Source: Methanobacteriota archaeon
GTDB taxonomy: Archaea > Thermoplasmatota > Poseidoniia > Poseidoniales > Poseidoniaceae
DNA: 64,000 bases
Assembly (NCBI GenBank): GCA_002722615.1
Contig: PBMQ01000037.1
Span: 34,958 to 98,957, forward strand
Direction: 5' to 3'
Of the stretch, positions 37,420 to 47,489 are shown in pieces. The position numbers and the translations under genes were made by a program. The notes beneath the pieces are model-generated. The model was not told where the DNA came from. It saw only the letters and a list, made by a program, of their open reading frames with translations, and did not search any database. How positions within the stretch are numbered: position 1 is the stretch's first letter; each line of letters opens with the position of its first letter.

Positions 37420-38871
37420 TTAGGACTCTTTGATGGCGTTGTTAAGCCCAGTCATCATTGCTTTTCCATCACCGAACAACATCATCGTTTTATCCATATA
37501 GAACAGATCGTTGTCGACACCAGCATAACCAACTGATAGGGAACGTTTGATGATCACGACTGTGCGAGCTGCATCAGCATCGATGATTGGCATTCCTGCA
37601 AGAGGACCTTCGCCACTTCGTGCTGCAGGATTGGTCGTGTCGTTTGCTCCGATAATGAGGGCAACATCACACTCTGGGAACTCAGGGTTTATTTCATCCA
37701 TTTCGATGAGTTGCTCATAGGGTACGTTTGCTTCAGCGAGCAGGACATTCATGTGTCCTGGCATTCGTCCAGCGACAGGATGAATTGCATACTTGACATC
37801 AGTATCGTATTTTTCGGCGATAAGATCTGCAAATTCCTTCACTTGATGTTGACACTGTGAAACAGCCATTCCGTATCCAGGTACAATGATTACTTTCTGG
37901 GCACCATCAATCATCATTGCAACTTCATCAGGATCAGAACCAACCTTGGTTCGAGTAAGGGATTCCTTCTCTCCTGAACCACCAAATGACTTGAACAAAA
38001 CATCGGGTAATGTTCTGTTCATTGCTTTGCACATGATGAATGTAAGAATCAAACCAGATGCCCCAACAAGGGAACCAGCGATAATTAGGGCTGAATTCCC
38101 GATAATGAATCCTGTAAATGCTGCTGCGATACCAGACAATGAATTGAGTAGCGATACAACAACTGGCATATCAGCTCCACCTATTGGTAATACCAACACA
38201 ACACCTAGCAAGCAAGAGATTCCAATAATGCTCCAAAGATACGTAGTGTTTGTTGGTTCATCGATGCTTAGGTAAATGAGTACAGCTACAGATACAACAA
38301 GAATAACCTTGACTGGATTCAGCCATGGAGGGCCCCATGTAGGCGTCTTAATCCATTTACCAAAGACGCTAACTCCACCTTTGAGTTTGTACATGGCGAG
38401 TAATGATCCTGTGAGTGTCATCCAACCTACGAGCGCTGAAAGTCCCGCAGCCACCATGATGACGGCAATCTCTAGATTTCCAGTGGGTATGTTCGATGAA
38501 TCCTCCATATACCTCCAAACTTCGGACAAAGCAACAAGGGCAGATGCAGCACCACCAAATCCATTGAAGAGTGCAACAAGTTCAGGCATCCCTGTCATCT
38601 GAACGCGTACAGCCATGATGTAACCAATGAGTGAACCAAGTGCTACACCAGCACCAATTAGAACCCATTCGGCGTCACCCGCTAATTCCATACTCAGGAC
38701 CGTGGTAAAAACAGCAACAAGCATCCCGAGTGCTCCAAGTTGATTCCCAAATGGAGCAGTTCTTGGATGACCAAGTTTCTTTAGACCAAAAATAAAGAGT
38801 GCTGCAGAAAGCAAATATCCGAGTGAAACCCAATCTTCCATTTCAGGCACCTCTTCGCTTCTTTCCAGCAA
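37420..38871 (-). CDS. pntB: NAD(P) transhydrogenase subunit beta
   Basis: The multi-TM N-terminus plus the dIII NADP(H)-binding domain (VIIVPGYGMAVSQCQH...AIHPVAGRMPGHMNVLLAEANVPY...ALIIGANDTTNPAA). Confidence 0.9.
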   Translation of the reverse strand: MLERSEEVPEMEDWVSLGYLLSAALFIFGLKKLGHPRTAPFGNQLGALGMLVAVFTTVLSMELAGDAEWVLIGAGVALGSLIGYIMAVRVQMTGMPELVALFNGFGGAASALVALSEVWRYMEDSSNIPTGNLEIAVIMVAAGLSALVGWMTLTGSLLAMYKLKGGVSVFGKWIKTPTWGPPWLNPVKVILVVSVAVLIYLSIDEPTNTTYLWSIIGISCLLGVVLVLPIGGADMPVVVSLLNSLSGIAAAFTGFIIGNSALIIAGSLVGASGLILTFIMCKAMNRTLPDVLFKSFGGSGEKESLTRTKVGSDPDEVAMMIDGAQKVIIVPGYGMAVSQCQHQVKEFADLIAEKYDTDVKYAIHPVAGRMPGHMNVLLAEANVPYEQLIEMDEINPEFPECDVALIIGANDTTNPAARSGEGPLAGMPIIDADAARTVVIIKRSLSVGYAGVDNDLFYMDKTMMLFGDGKAMMTGLNNAIKES

Positions 38872-39154
38872 TCATATTCAACATTCTATTGGTGACGAGG
38901 AATCCTCCGACAACATTGATCATCGCTAGTACAACGGCAACAAATGCAAGAATTCCAGAAACGGCTGTATCTCCTGACTCATAAGCGACGTTTGCACCAA
39001 TGAGCGCTCCAATAATGGAAATTCCAGAAATCGCATTCGCTCCACTCATGAGTGGGGTATGTAACGTCGCTGGAACTTTTGTGATCAATTCAAATCCAAG
39101 AAAAATTGCAAGTACGAACAGTGTTATGTTTCCAATTAGAAATTCTGGTGTCAT
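38843..39154 (-). CDS. pntA: NAD(P) transhydrogenase subunit alpha, membrane part (alpha-2)
   Basis: A 103-aa, 3-TM protein (LFVLAIFLGFELITKVPATLHTPLMSGANAISGI...), typical of a split pntAA/pntAB. Confidence 0.85.
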   Translation of the reverse strand: MTPEFLIGNITLFVLAIFLGFELITKVPATLHTPLMSGANAISGISIIGALIGANVAYESGDTAVSGILAFVAVVLAMINVVGGFLVTNRMLNMIAGKKRRGA

Positions 39155-40314
39155 TCAAGTGCACCTCCTAGGCGAGTTTGTTTAGGATGTAATTCTCCAT
39201 CTTTGCAGATGAGAACTCCTCCCATACCATTGACGTAGAAATCACTGCCTTCCGGCGCACCTACGAGGATGTCATCATCATCTGAAATGACGATGGCTCC
39301 ATCTTGTACGAGTGATGTAATGAATGTTGTAAGATTATTTGAGTAAAGCATGCTTGCTGTTGTGGCAATGGTACCGGGGAGATTCGAAGTTCCCACAATG
39401 ATCACACCATTGTCGGTTGTTATCACCTCACCCGCAACGGTGTCTTCACAGTTTCCGCCTACATCTGCATTCATGTCAACTACGACCGCCCCAGATTTGA
39501 ATTCCTGAACTGCGCTCGATGGTACAGTAATTGGTGCTGGTCTGCCAAAGATACGAGCAGTCGTTACGATAATGTCAGCATCGGATGCAACAGCACATAC
39601 CGTATCGTTGACTTTCTGGATAAACTCAGGAGTTAATGGCTTGGCATATCCAGCCTCGTCTTCAAAATCGTCCATTCCATCCACTTCAATGAAACGTCCG
39701 CCCACGGATTCAATTTGTTCTGCAGCAGACTTGCGAACGTCTGATGCATAAACAACTGCGCCGAGTCGCTTAGCCGTAGCGATGGCTTGTAATCCAGCAA
39801 CACCTGATCCCATAATTACGACTTTGGCAGGACGAACAGTACCTGCTGATGTCGTCATCATGGGTATTCCCTTAGGAACATGTGCTGCTCCCAATAGGAC
39901 GGCTTTGTAGCCTGCGAGATTGTCTTGGCTTGAATTAACATCCATCGACTGCGCTCGGCTAAGCCGGCGTGGAATCATGTCCATTGACATCAGAGTGATG
40001 TTGGAAGAGATACAATCCTTGACAAATTGAGGGTTGCGGAATGGATCGGATACGCAAGCAAGGGTTGTTCCTTCTTTGATCCCTTCGACACCAGGAAATC
40101 GGATTGTGATAATGTTCTCGCATGCAAGCGCATCCGATCGCTTTGCAATCGTTGCACCAGCGGCTTCGTAATCGGAATCCGAGTAATTTGCGGCAACACC
40201 TGCACCTGATTCAACAACGACTTCAAACCCTGCTTTGAGCAACTTTTTGAGACTTGTTGGAACGATAGCAACACGTGTCTCTGCTTCTGGTTCTTTGAGC
40301 ACACCTAACTTCAT
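39151..40314 (-). CDS. pntA: NAD(P) transhydrogenase subunit alpha, soluble dI part (alanine-dehydrogenase-like)
   Basis: MKLGVLKEPEAETRVAIVPTSLKKL. The Rossmann motif is VVIMGSGVAGLQAIATAKRLGAVV. The track start 40362 is probably over-extended; MKLG at 40314 fits better. Confidence 0.9.
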   Translation of the reverse strand: MKLGVLKEPEAETRVAIVPTSLKKLLKAGFEVVVESGAGVAANYSDSDYEAAGATIAKRSDALACENIITIRFPGVEGIKEGTTLACVSDPFRNPQFVKDCISSNITLMSMDMIPRRLSRAQSMDVNSSQDNLAGYKAVLLGAAHVPKGIPMMTTSAGTVRPAKVVIMGSGVAGLQAIATAKRLGAVVYASDVRKSAAEQIESVGGRFIEVDGMDDFEDEAGYAKPLTPEFIQKVNDTVCAVASDADIIVTTARIFGRPAPITVPSSAVQEFKSGAVVVDMNADVGGNCEDTVAGEVITTDNGVIIVGTSNLPGTIATTASMLYSNNLTTFITSLVQDGAIVISDDDDILVGAPEGSDFYVNGMGGVLICKDGELHPKQTRLGGALE

Positions 40315-40443
40315 TGTAACACCGTTATTTTTCCCGAACGAAAGGGGGTTCTTCAATACCACCCTTTGGCCCCATCAGAAAGGACAGTAGCATACCATCT
40401 TGATTAAAAGCATCCGACCTTGACCGACAACTGGTGAGAAACT

Positions 40444-41385
40444 TTGTCGAGAGGAAGTAGAAAAATTGCAGTTATTGGTGCAGGAAACGTTGGAGCAACG
40501 TGTGCGTTTGTACTAGCGAACATGAAAATTGCAGATATCGTATTGTTGGATATCTACGAAGGTTTTGCCAAAGGAAAAGCTCTCGATATGAGTCAGAATG
40601 CGAACGTTCTCAATTATGACGGCAAAATCACCGGAACTTCAAGTTACGAGGATATTGCTGGAGCAGATGTTGTCGTTGTCACCAGTGGTTTTCCCCGCCA
40701 ACCTGGTATGACTCGCGAAGATTTGATCGGTAAGAACGCTGAGATTGTTGCACAAGTAGGTGCAGGAATTCGCGACCATGCACCAGAATCCGTCGTCATT
40801 GTCGTTACCAACCCGCTCGATTTGATGACCTATCACATGCAGAAAGTCACAGGATTCCCCTCCAACAGAGTCATCGGTCAAGCCGGTGTCCTTGATAGCG
40901 CACGAATGGCTCACTTCATTGCCTTGGAATTGAATTGCGCTGAAGAAGATGTTAGCCCAATGGTACTTGGAGGCCATGGGGATACAATGGTACCTCTGCC
41001 ACGTTATACAACCGTTGGAGGTATTCCGATTACCCAATTGATGCCCCAAGAGCGAATTGATGCTATTTCTGCTCGTACAGCAAGTGGTGGCGGAGAAATT
41101 GTCAAACTCCTTGAGCGAGGATCTGCTTTCTATGCACCTGGTTCAGCAGCAGCAGTCATGGCTGAGTCTGTCCTCAACAATCGTCGAAGGCTCATACCAG
41201 CATCATGTTTACTCACAGGTCAATATGGGCTTGATGATGTGTATATTGGTGTTCCTTGCATCATTGGTTCAAACGGTGTAGAGAACATCTTTGAATTAGA
41301 ATTAACCGGTGATGAACTCAATTCATTGCAAACATCAGGCAATTTCTACAAATCGCAGTTAGCTGACGTCTTGGGTTACAACTGA
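40444..41385 (+). CDS. mdh: Malate dehydrogenase (LDH-like family), NAD-dependent
   Basis: KIAVIGAGNVGATCAF, VVVTSGFPRQPGMTREDL, VIVVTNPLD, and GGHGDTMVPL with the catalytic His. Confidence 0.9.
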   Translation: MSRGSRKIAVIGAGNVGATCAFVLANMKIADIVLLDIYEGFAKGKALDMSQNANVLNYDGKITGTSSYEDIAGADVVVVTSGFPRQPGMTREDLIGKNAEIVAQVGAGIRDHAPESVVIVVTNPLDLMTYHMQKVTGFPSNRVIGQAGVLDSARMAHFIALELNCAEEDVSPMVLGGHGDTMVPLPRYTTVGGIPITQLMPQERIDAISARTASGGGEIVKLLERGSAFYAPGSAAAVMAESVLNNRRRLIPASCLLTGQYGLDDVYIGVPCIIGSNGVENIFELELTGDELNSLQTSGNFYKSQLADVLGYN

Positions 41386-42666
41386 TTGCTTTTGTTGAAT
41401 ATTTTTTATACCGAAGAGGTATCGAGTTATTCGAGTTCGACTCACACCTTCAAAGACGAGCCAACATCCGATTAGCACGATAAGACAACCTGCGATAACT
41501 GCTGGAATCCCTGTAAAATTCAATTCCTTTGCAATCTTTAAGCCTGCAAATGTGATTGGCATATGGACGATGTAGAATGGATACACACCCTGATTGAGAT
41601 ACGTTAGAGAGGAACTTCTCTTGTTGAGTAGGTGTGAGCCCCAAGCAAAAATTGTGAGACACCAGAACCAAGCATGAAAACTGTGAATAAAACAACTAAG
41701 AACTGTCATTTCATTATGAAAAATGCCTTGTTCAATCCATCCCCCATCCATGTATGGAACACCATCCTCGTGTTGTTGAAGTCGAATAATTACGAATGTA
41801 ATTGTCAACAGCATCGTCACTACGGTGATCACCTTTCGGTTCGTATCAAGAAATTCATAGTATCGATCCCTAGAAATAATGCAAATATAACCAAACAAGA
41901 AGAAAGCGAGATACCAAACCCACTCATAGCCAATTCCAATGAAACCAGGAAACCACGGTTTGAACACAAGTTCGGTTATTGCCAGCAATGTTGGAAAGAG
42001 AATGAAGATGCCTAAACCAAATCTTATCGTAAAGATTGATCTCAATGCGGTTGCTAGATTCCCATCCACATTTTTTTGAACGATATGAAATATTGGGACG
42101 CAGAGTAGCGAATACAAGAACAGGTTCCACAGAAACCACAAATGTCCAAGAGCAATAATCTTACCGAACAATGGAACCCAAAAGACAAACGATGTAAGGA
42201 AGACATGAAGAATAAATGCAATCAGAGTATCCAAAATTGTGTTTCCCTCGAGATCAGCGCTGCCAGTTATGATTCCCCCAGCAAAACCGACGGTCCACAT
42301 GCCAAAGAACATAGGAACAAGTAATCGTTGTAATCGTTCTGTCAGGAATGTTTTCCAACTTCGTCGCTTGAATGCAAATGCAGTACCCATGCCAGAAATC
42401 ATGAACAACGCAGCAAGTCTCCACTGGTGCATCCAATGCAGGAACATACTCGTTGGGTCTACAGAGTCATAGGTGTAGTCATTACCTTCCTCAGCGATTT
42501 CCTTTCGGTCATCTGGATCATCGGTGATATTGGGATTTATGTCCTCTCCATATGTCGACCAATACACTCCAATTGCAACATGAAAGGGAATGAGTAATCC
42601 GAAGAGTATAACTCGAAGCCAGTCAATATCATATCGCCGTTCAGGCTTCTGTGATACGTTATCCAC
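41359..42666 (-). CDS. Acyltransferase-3 family membrane protein (OpgC/OatA-like)
   Basis: RRYDIDWLRVILFGLLIPFHVAIGVYW is the AT3 N-terminal R..D.LR...H signature. About 10 TM helices. Confidence 0.7.
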   Translation of the reverse strand: MDNVSQKPERRYDIDWLRVILFGLLIPFHVAIGVYWSTYGEDINPNITDDPDDRKEIAEEGNDYTYDSVDPTSMFLHWMHQWRLAALFMISGMGTAFAFKRRSWKTFLTERLQRLLVPMFFGMWTVGFAGGIITGSADLEGNTILDTLIAFILHVFLTSFVFWVPLFGKIIALGHLWFLWNLFLYSLLCVPIFHIVQKNVDGNLATALRSIFTIRFGLGIFILFPTLLAITELVFKPWFPGFIGIGYEWVWYLAFFLFGYICIISRDRYYEFLDTNRKVITVVTMLLTITFVIIRLQQHEDGVPYMDGGWIEQGIFHNEMTVLSCFIHSFHAWFWCLTIFAWGSHLLNKRSSSLTYLNQGVYPFYIVHMPITFAGLKIAKELNFTGIPAVIAGCLIVLIGCWLVFEGVSRTRITRYLFGIKNIQQKQSVVTQDVS

Positions 42667-42696
42667 GGCTTAGGCTCACTCATCATACCTATATCA

Positions 42697-43353
42697 CTAT
42701 GGGGACGTTCTCCGAATAGCCAGGGAAAATTCGCTACCTGCTGTCGTGGCATCGTCTGCGTTCTTTTCCACCGTCATCAATTGCTTTCCCATTTTACCAC
42801 GACTGCGCATACGAGTCAGAGGTTCTTGTCCAATGTAACATCCTTTTGCTTCATGAACGTACTGTGCAAGTCCACAATTGAATGGATGCACTTTATGACT
42901 GATTTCCTTCTGCTGGAATGGAATGAGATTTTGTATTCGGTAATCATCAAACTCTTGTTGGCTCATTGTCGAGTTGAGTGGCGTTGATCTTGGGGCAACA
43001 ATCAACCAACCTAGGAATGATTGTGTTACCGTCAAGCCTTTACTTACTGGAAATTGTTCCGTACTCACGTAAACATAATTCAATGAGGATATATCTCGAA
43101 TGTTGACGTCTTGTTGAAGAATCCTGGGTTGAAGATGTCTCAGGACATCTTCCTTGTATGGCCCATGTCCAACTATTGCGATGTTTTCTCCAACCTCGAT
43201 GACATCGATGACATCGATAATCTTGGCTTGTTTAGTAGTCAATACAGTCGTACAGGATTGATCAACTTTGTTGGTGGAAAGACCATCGAGAAAGGTCCAT
43301 CTATCCGAACCTGATAGAATGAAAACATAAGCCTCGAGCTGAAAAATGCCCAT
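42697..43353 (-). CDS. YgfZ/GcvT-like folate-binding protein (Fe-S cluster maintenance factor family)
   Basis: The C-terminal KGCYIGQEPLTRMRSRGKMGKQL matches the GcvT/YgfZ KGCY.GQE...R.R signature. Confidence 0.6.
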   Translation of the reverse strand: MGIFQLEAYVFILSGSDRWTFLDGLSTNKVDQSCTTVLTTKQAKIIDVIDVIEVGENIAIVGHGPYKEDVLRHLQPRILQQDVNIRDISSLNYVYVSTEQFPVSKGLTVTQSFLGWLIVAPRSTPLNSTMSQQEFDDYRIQNLIPFQQKEISHKVHPFNCGLAQYVHEAKGCYIGQEPLTRMRSRGKMGKQLMTVEKNADDATTAGSEFSLAIRRTSP

Positions 43354-43362
43354 GCCTTTTCC

Positions 43363-43749
43363 TCAAGCAAAGGACTCGCCACAACCGCATGAACTGGATG
43401 CATTCGGGTTGTTGATTTTGAAACCGCCACCCATGAGTCGATCAACGTAATCGACTTCAATTCCATCCAAGAGGTGGGATGAAGCATTTGGAACGAGAAC
43501 TCTAAATCCGGACACATCAAGTTCTTGACAATCGATATCTGTTGTCTCAACAATTTGCAAGTCGTACATGTATCCTGAGCAACCGCCGGACAAAACGCCG
43601 ACAAGAAGTGCATGACTGCGGTCGTCTCCGAAAGCGTCAGTTAACATTTCAATAGCTTTCTCTGTGATTGTCAGAGTGACATCAACAGTCTTTGGCTGTA
43701 CGACTTCAATTGCCGGTGCTGATTCGCAGGTTCCACAGTCCATGTACAA
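43363..43749 (-). CDS. Fe-S cluster insertion protein, HesB/IscA/SufA family
   Basis: Three conserved Cys (GGCSGYMYDL ... NPNASSSCGCGESFA) in a ~120-aa body. Confidence 0.85.
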   Translation of the reverse strand: MYMDCGTCESAPAIEVVQPKTVDVTLTITEKAIEMLTDAFGDDRSHALLVGVLSGGCSGYMYDLQIVETTDIDCQELDVSGFRVLVPNASSHLLDGIEVDYVDRLMGGGFKINNPNASSSCGCGESFA

Positions 43750-43784
43750 CCCACTCGCTCGCCCATTATCAATCTGACCATATT

Positions 43785-46133
43785 TTACCGACGTGATAGT
43801 TTCTTCTTACGCTCTTTTTCAAGAATGGTGCATCGGCGGATTTGCTCTTTTGCACGCTTAACCTCGGCATCGGATAATCCACGAGGAATTGACTGTTCAT
43901 AGCACTTTATGGCGTCTGGGAATCGTTCCATCTCAGCATATGCTGTGCCCATATTGTACAATGTTTGTCCACGTACATTGGATGGATCAATCATCATTGC
44001 TTTGTGATATGATTCAACACACGCTGGGTATTCTTCGAGGAAATAGTAAGCATTCCCACGACCATTTAGAATTCGAATTACCATTTGATTGTCGTTGGCA
44101 AATGATGGTAATGCTCTGTCAAAGGATGAAAGTGCTTCTCTGTACTTTCCATCTTCCATCAACTGTATTCCTTGGTTGTACCATGAAATGTCTTGATTCG
44201 CAACTGAACTTGAATTCGCTGAAACAATGGGGTTCACTGAAACCATTGCAGTTGCGTCCAATGCTGCTTTCGCCAAATCAACCTCGACGTTATCTTGCTG
44301 AACTATTTCTTTCCTAACTGGTTCAATTGGTATTAACAAAAGATCATTTGCTGATGTTGTTTCTTGTAAAGGTGCCTCAGAAACATATGGCTCTTCGATT
44401 GGAACGACAGCTGGTTGTTCCAAAGCCGGAGGTTCAGGTGCAACTGCGGGAGGTGTTGACGTAGGTGGTGGAGGAGGGTTATCGAATTGAGGTTGTTCAT
44501 GAGACCCAGATTCCAATTCTCTTGCCTTCGTATGACAACGTTGCGCAGTTTCAAGATCACCCGCTGCTTCCAAGGATTTTGCGAGTCCTTTCCACAAGAT
44601 TGGATTGGATTTATCGGTTTGAATGAGTTCTTTCCAAACGGTAACTGCTTCGATATTATCTCCTTTGAGAGTCAGTGCCCGAGCCCGTTCAATGGATGGC
44701 CCGGGACTGAGCAAATCAAGTGCGTATTGTGCCAATTGAGGGGCTTCGGGCATTGTTGGTGGAATTCCAGTGATGTACTCAAGAACCTCGACTTCGGTTT
44801 CCCCGCATTGCAGTAAATTTTCGATAATTTCGTTTCGAAGTTCAACGTCATCTTGTGATTCAAGTAGAATCATACCGTGTGAGATAACAGTTCCAATGTC
44901 GTTCTCTTCCTGAGCATATTCGATGAGTTTACGTCGTGCCTTGGCGTGTCGTGAATCGAGTTCAATCGTTGTCTCAAATGCATTTATTGCTCCGTTTTGG
45001 TTGTCATTTCTCGCGTAGAGGCTTCCTAGATTGTACCATCCTGATGCCACTGTCTCATCGAGTTTGGTTGCATGTTCTAGTGCTGCTATAGCATGAGTAT
45101 CGAGTTCCATACGTGCCATAGCCCCACCAGCAATTCTCCAGGCACCAGCATGATGTGCGCCGATTGTTTTGAGATGAGGTTTCAACAGTGCGAGCGCTTT
45201 CTTTGGTTCACCTTGTCGAATAAGTTCGGTTGCTTCATTTGTTAATTTGTCGAGATTAATTTCATCAACGACAGGTCGCTGCTCAATTTCAGTTTCTATT
45301 GATGCCTCAATTTTTTCCTCAATGATTTGAGTCGCTGCAACAACATTAGCAGCACTTTTCAGTTCTTCTTTATCCAGGTGACCGTCACCATCGAGATCGT
45401 GGTGAGCGGCTTCAGCAAGAATTGCCTCTGAATCTTCGACGCCTGTCTCTTCCATCACAACGCTAAGTGTTGATTCTTGATGTGTCGCTTTGGTTACTTT
45501 TGATTCAATTTCATCAGGAACTTCTTCGACTGGTGCGTGTTTGGTGCGATTGAGTACATCGGTTAGACTTGGGTGTCCAGGGAAGAATTCAAGTCCTCTG
45601 CGCGCCATAGCGGCGGCTCCAGCATCATCTCCAATACGATCCAAAAGGATGGCTAGATTCGCTGTAGCAGGTGCATGGTCTGGGTTGAGGTCGAGACAAA
45701 TTTGGAAGGCTTGACGAGCTCCACGAGCATCTTGCTGTGCTTCAAGAAGAACGCCTCGATTGAACCATGCCATGTCGCTTGATGGGTCAAGAGCTATCGC
45801 CTTGTTGAAGGCCACTAGTGCTTCTTGAGGGGAATTCGACCGAGATTTGTATTCCCCTTCATCAATGAGGGATTGAACTTGCTCTTCAACAGATAATTCT
45901 TCTGAAGTGTCAGGAGCGGATGGTTCAGGAGTGGGCTCAGGGAGTGGTTCCTCAGAAGCGTCTTCATTGAATTCTTCCGACGCTTCTTGGCCCACCATAG
46001 ATCCAAGTCCCGCAGAACGCAAAGCATCCGCCATGTCGCTGATTAAGGCATTCGACATGTCCTCGTCCTCGGTACTCATCGTCATCTCCCATCCTTTGGC
46101 ATGACTGTCATGGTATAAGCATAGTTGCTTCAT
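43785..46133 (-). CDS. Large acidic TPR-repeat protein
   Basis: Many 34-aa TPR units (AWFNRGVLLEAQQDARGARQAFQICLDLNPDHA, GWYNLGSLYARNDNQNGAINAFETTIELDSRHA, LYNMGTAYAEMERFPDAIKCYEQSI ...). Asp/Glu-rich N-terminus. Confidence 0.65.
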   Translation of the reverse strand: MKQLCLYHDSHAKGWEMTMSTEDEDMSNALISDMADALRSAGLGSMVGQEASEEFNEDASEEPLPEPTPEPSAPDTSEELSVEEQVQSLIDEGEYKSRSNSPQEALVAFNKAIALDPSSDMAWFNRGVLLEAQQDARGARQAFQICLDLNPDHAPATANLAILLDRIGDDAGAAAMARRGLEFFPGHPSLTDVLNRTKHAPVEEVPDEIESKVTKATHQESTLSVVMEETGVEDSEAILAEAAHHDLDGDGHLDKEELKSAANVVAATQIIEEKIEASIETEIEQRPVVDEINLDKLTNEATELIRQGEPKKALALLKPHLKTIGAHHAGAWRIAGGAMARMELDTHAIAALEHATKLDETVASGWYNLGSLYARNDNQNGAINAFETTIELDSRHAKARRKLIEYAQEENDIGTVISHGMILLESQDDVELRNEIIENLLQCGETEVEVLEYITGIPPTMPEAPQLAQYALDLLSPGPSIERARALTLKGDNIEAVTVWKELIQTDKSNPILWKGLAKSLEAAGDLETAQRCHTKARELESGSHEQPQFDNPPPPPTSTPPAVAPEPPALEQPAVVPIEEPYVSEAPLQETTSANDLLLIPIEPVRKEIVQQDNVEVDLAKAALDATAMVSVNPIVSANSSSVANQDISWYNQGIQLMEDGKYREALSSFDRALPSFANDNQMVIRILNGRGNAYYFLEEYPACVESYHKAMMIDPSNVRGQTLYNMGTAYAEMERFPDAIKCYEQSIPRGLSDAEVKRAKEQIRRCTILEKERKKKLSRR

Positions 46134-46183
46134 GGTTAGGTTAGAACAATGGATTCATCTATTGGCTGGTTGTGGGATTTTTT

Positions 46184-46735
46184 ATGGCGGATACTCCACT
46201 CAAAGTGATGGGACTCTCAGGGTCCATTGGTCGACAATCAAAAAATGGGATGTTGGTTGACTTGGCGCTACAAAAGGCCAAGGAACATGGCGCAGAGGTT
46301 CATTTTTGGGATCTCAAAGAAAAACCATTGCCACTTGTTGGTTCAGACGGTTGTTGGAGTGACCCAATTGTCAAAGAATTCCAAGAAATGGCCTCTTCCT
46401 ATGACGCATTCCTTGTCTCTTCACCAGAATATCACGGAACAATGTCCGGTGTTATGAAAAATACATTTGACTGGGTTTACGAACAACATATTGGCGGTAA
46501 GGTCTTTGGATTGATGTCAACTCTTGGCGGTATGTCCAATTCAAACACATTGAACCACATGAGAATTATGCTTCGATGGCTACATGCAAATCCTGTGTCC
46601 CAACAGTTAGCTGTTGGACATGTCAAGGAAGCATTTGACGAAGACGGTGGGCTCGTTGACAAATCTGTTGACGAACGATTACAAACACTTGTCGAGTCTG
46701 TCCTTAAAACCGCAACAATGTACAAAAATTCGTGA
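46184..46735 (+). CDS. NAD(P)H-dependent FMN reductase (flavodoxin-like)
   Basis: LKVMGLSGSIGRQSKNGMLVDLA ... FLVSSPEYHGTMSGVMKNTFDW is the FMN_red family pattern. Confidence 0.75.
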   Translation: MADTPLKVMGLSGSIGRQSKNGMLVDLALQKAKEHGAEVHFWDLKEKPLPLVGSDGCWSDPIVKEFQEMASSYDAFLVSSPEYHGTMSGVMKNTFDWVYEQHIGGKVFGLMSTLGGMSNSNTLNHMRIMLRWLHANPVSQQLAVGHVKEAFDEDGGLVDKSVDERLQTLVESVLKTATMYKNS

Positions 46736-46739
46736 TTTC

Positions 46740-47489
46740 ATGAATGCAAATCGTCCCTCATTTGAAGATGAGTTTGGAGGTTCATACCTTTTGGTTGAGC
46801 CTGGTCAATTCAGATTTGGGGATGAGGTAGGTTCGGGACATCCAAATGAGAGGCCACTCATTGAGGCGGAAATATCGGAGCCCTTCTTCATGGGTGTGCG
46901 TCCTGTCACCCAAGCACATTGGTCTGCCATTATGGGTTCCAATCCTTCCAAATTTCAAGAAGGTTGGAGCGCTGGTCTTCGTCCAGTTGAATCGATTACC
47001 TTTTTTGAAGTACAGACGTTTTTGAATCGACTAAACGAACAAAATCGTGAATTCATAGGTTTCAGAGGTCGGTGGAGATTACCATCGGAGCTAGAATGGG
47101 AGTATGTTGCTAAAGCCGGTTCCTCAACACGTTGGTCCTTTGGAAACAAGGATTCAGAATTAGATGCTCATGGTTGGCATGCTGGAAATAGTGGGGCCAC
47201 CACTCGCGAAGTGGGTTCTAAGAAAGCGAATCAATGGGGATTCCATGACTTTCATGGACTCATCTATGAAATGACAGAAGATGCATGGTCTTCTTCTCAT
47301 GAGCATCATGATGGCACGCAGGCATCAACTTCTAGGGCTGACTCGAGTCATATCGTTGCAAAAGGTGGTTCTTGGTTTACAGAATCGGATTCAACACGTT
47401 CATCCTCTCGTAGAAAGGTAGGTCAGGATGAACGTCGAGATGGGATCGGTTTACGTCTTGTATGGGAGCCGGTAGAACCTAGCAATTAA
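46740..47489 (+). CDS. Formylglycine-generating-enzyme (FGE-sulfatase / SUMF1 / EgtB-like) family protein
   Basis: RPVTQAHWSAIMGSNPSKF, WRLPSELEWEYVAKAG, GFHDFHGLIYEMTEDAW and AKGGSWFTESD...GLRLV are FGE-sulfatase domain signatures. The start MNANRPS at 46740 lies just after the FMN reductase stop. Confidence 0.75.
   Translation: MNANRPSFEDEFGGSYLLVEPGQFRFGDEVGSGHPNERPLIEAEISEPFFMGVRPVTQAHWSAIMGSNPSKFQEGWSAGLRPVESITFFEVQTFLNRLNEQNREFIGFRGRWRLPSELEWEYVAKAGSSTRWSFGNKDSELDAHGWHAGNSGATTREVGSKKANQWGFHDFHGLIYEMTEDAWSSSHEHHDGTQASTSRADSSHIVAKGGSWFTESDSTRSSSRRKVGQDERRDGIGLRLVWEPVEPSN

Noticed and set aside
40363-40443. Possible promoter/attenuator in the pntA–mdh divergent intergenic region
   Set aside because: Only weak AT-rich elements (TTGATTAAAAG). 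No convincing BRE/TATA pair or hairpin could be supported by eye.
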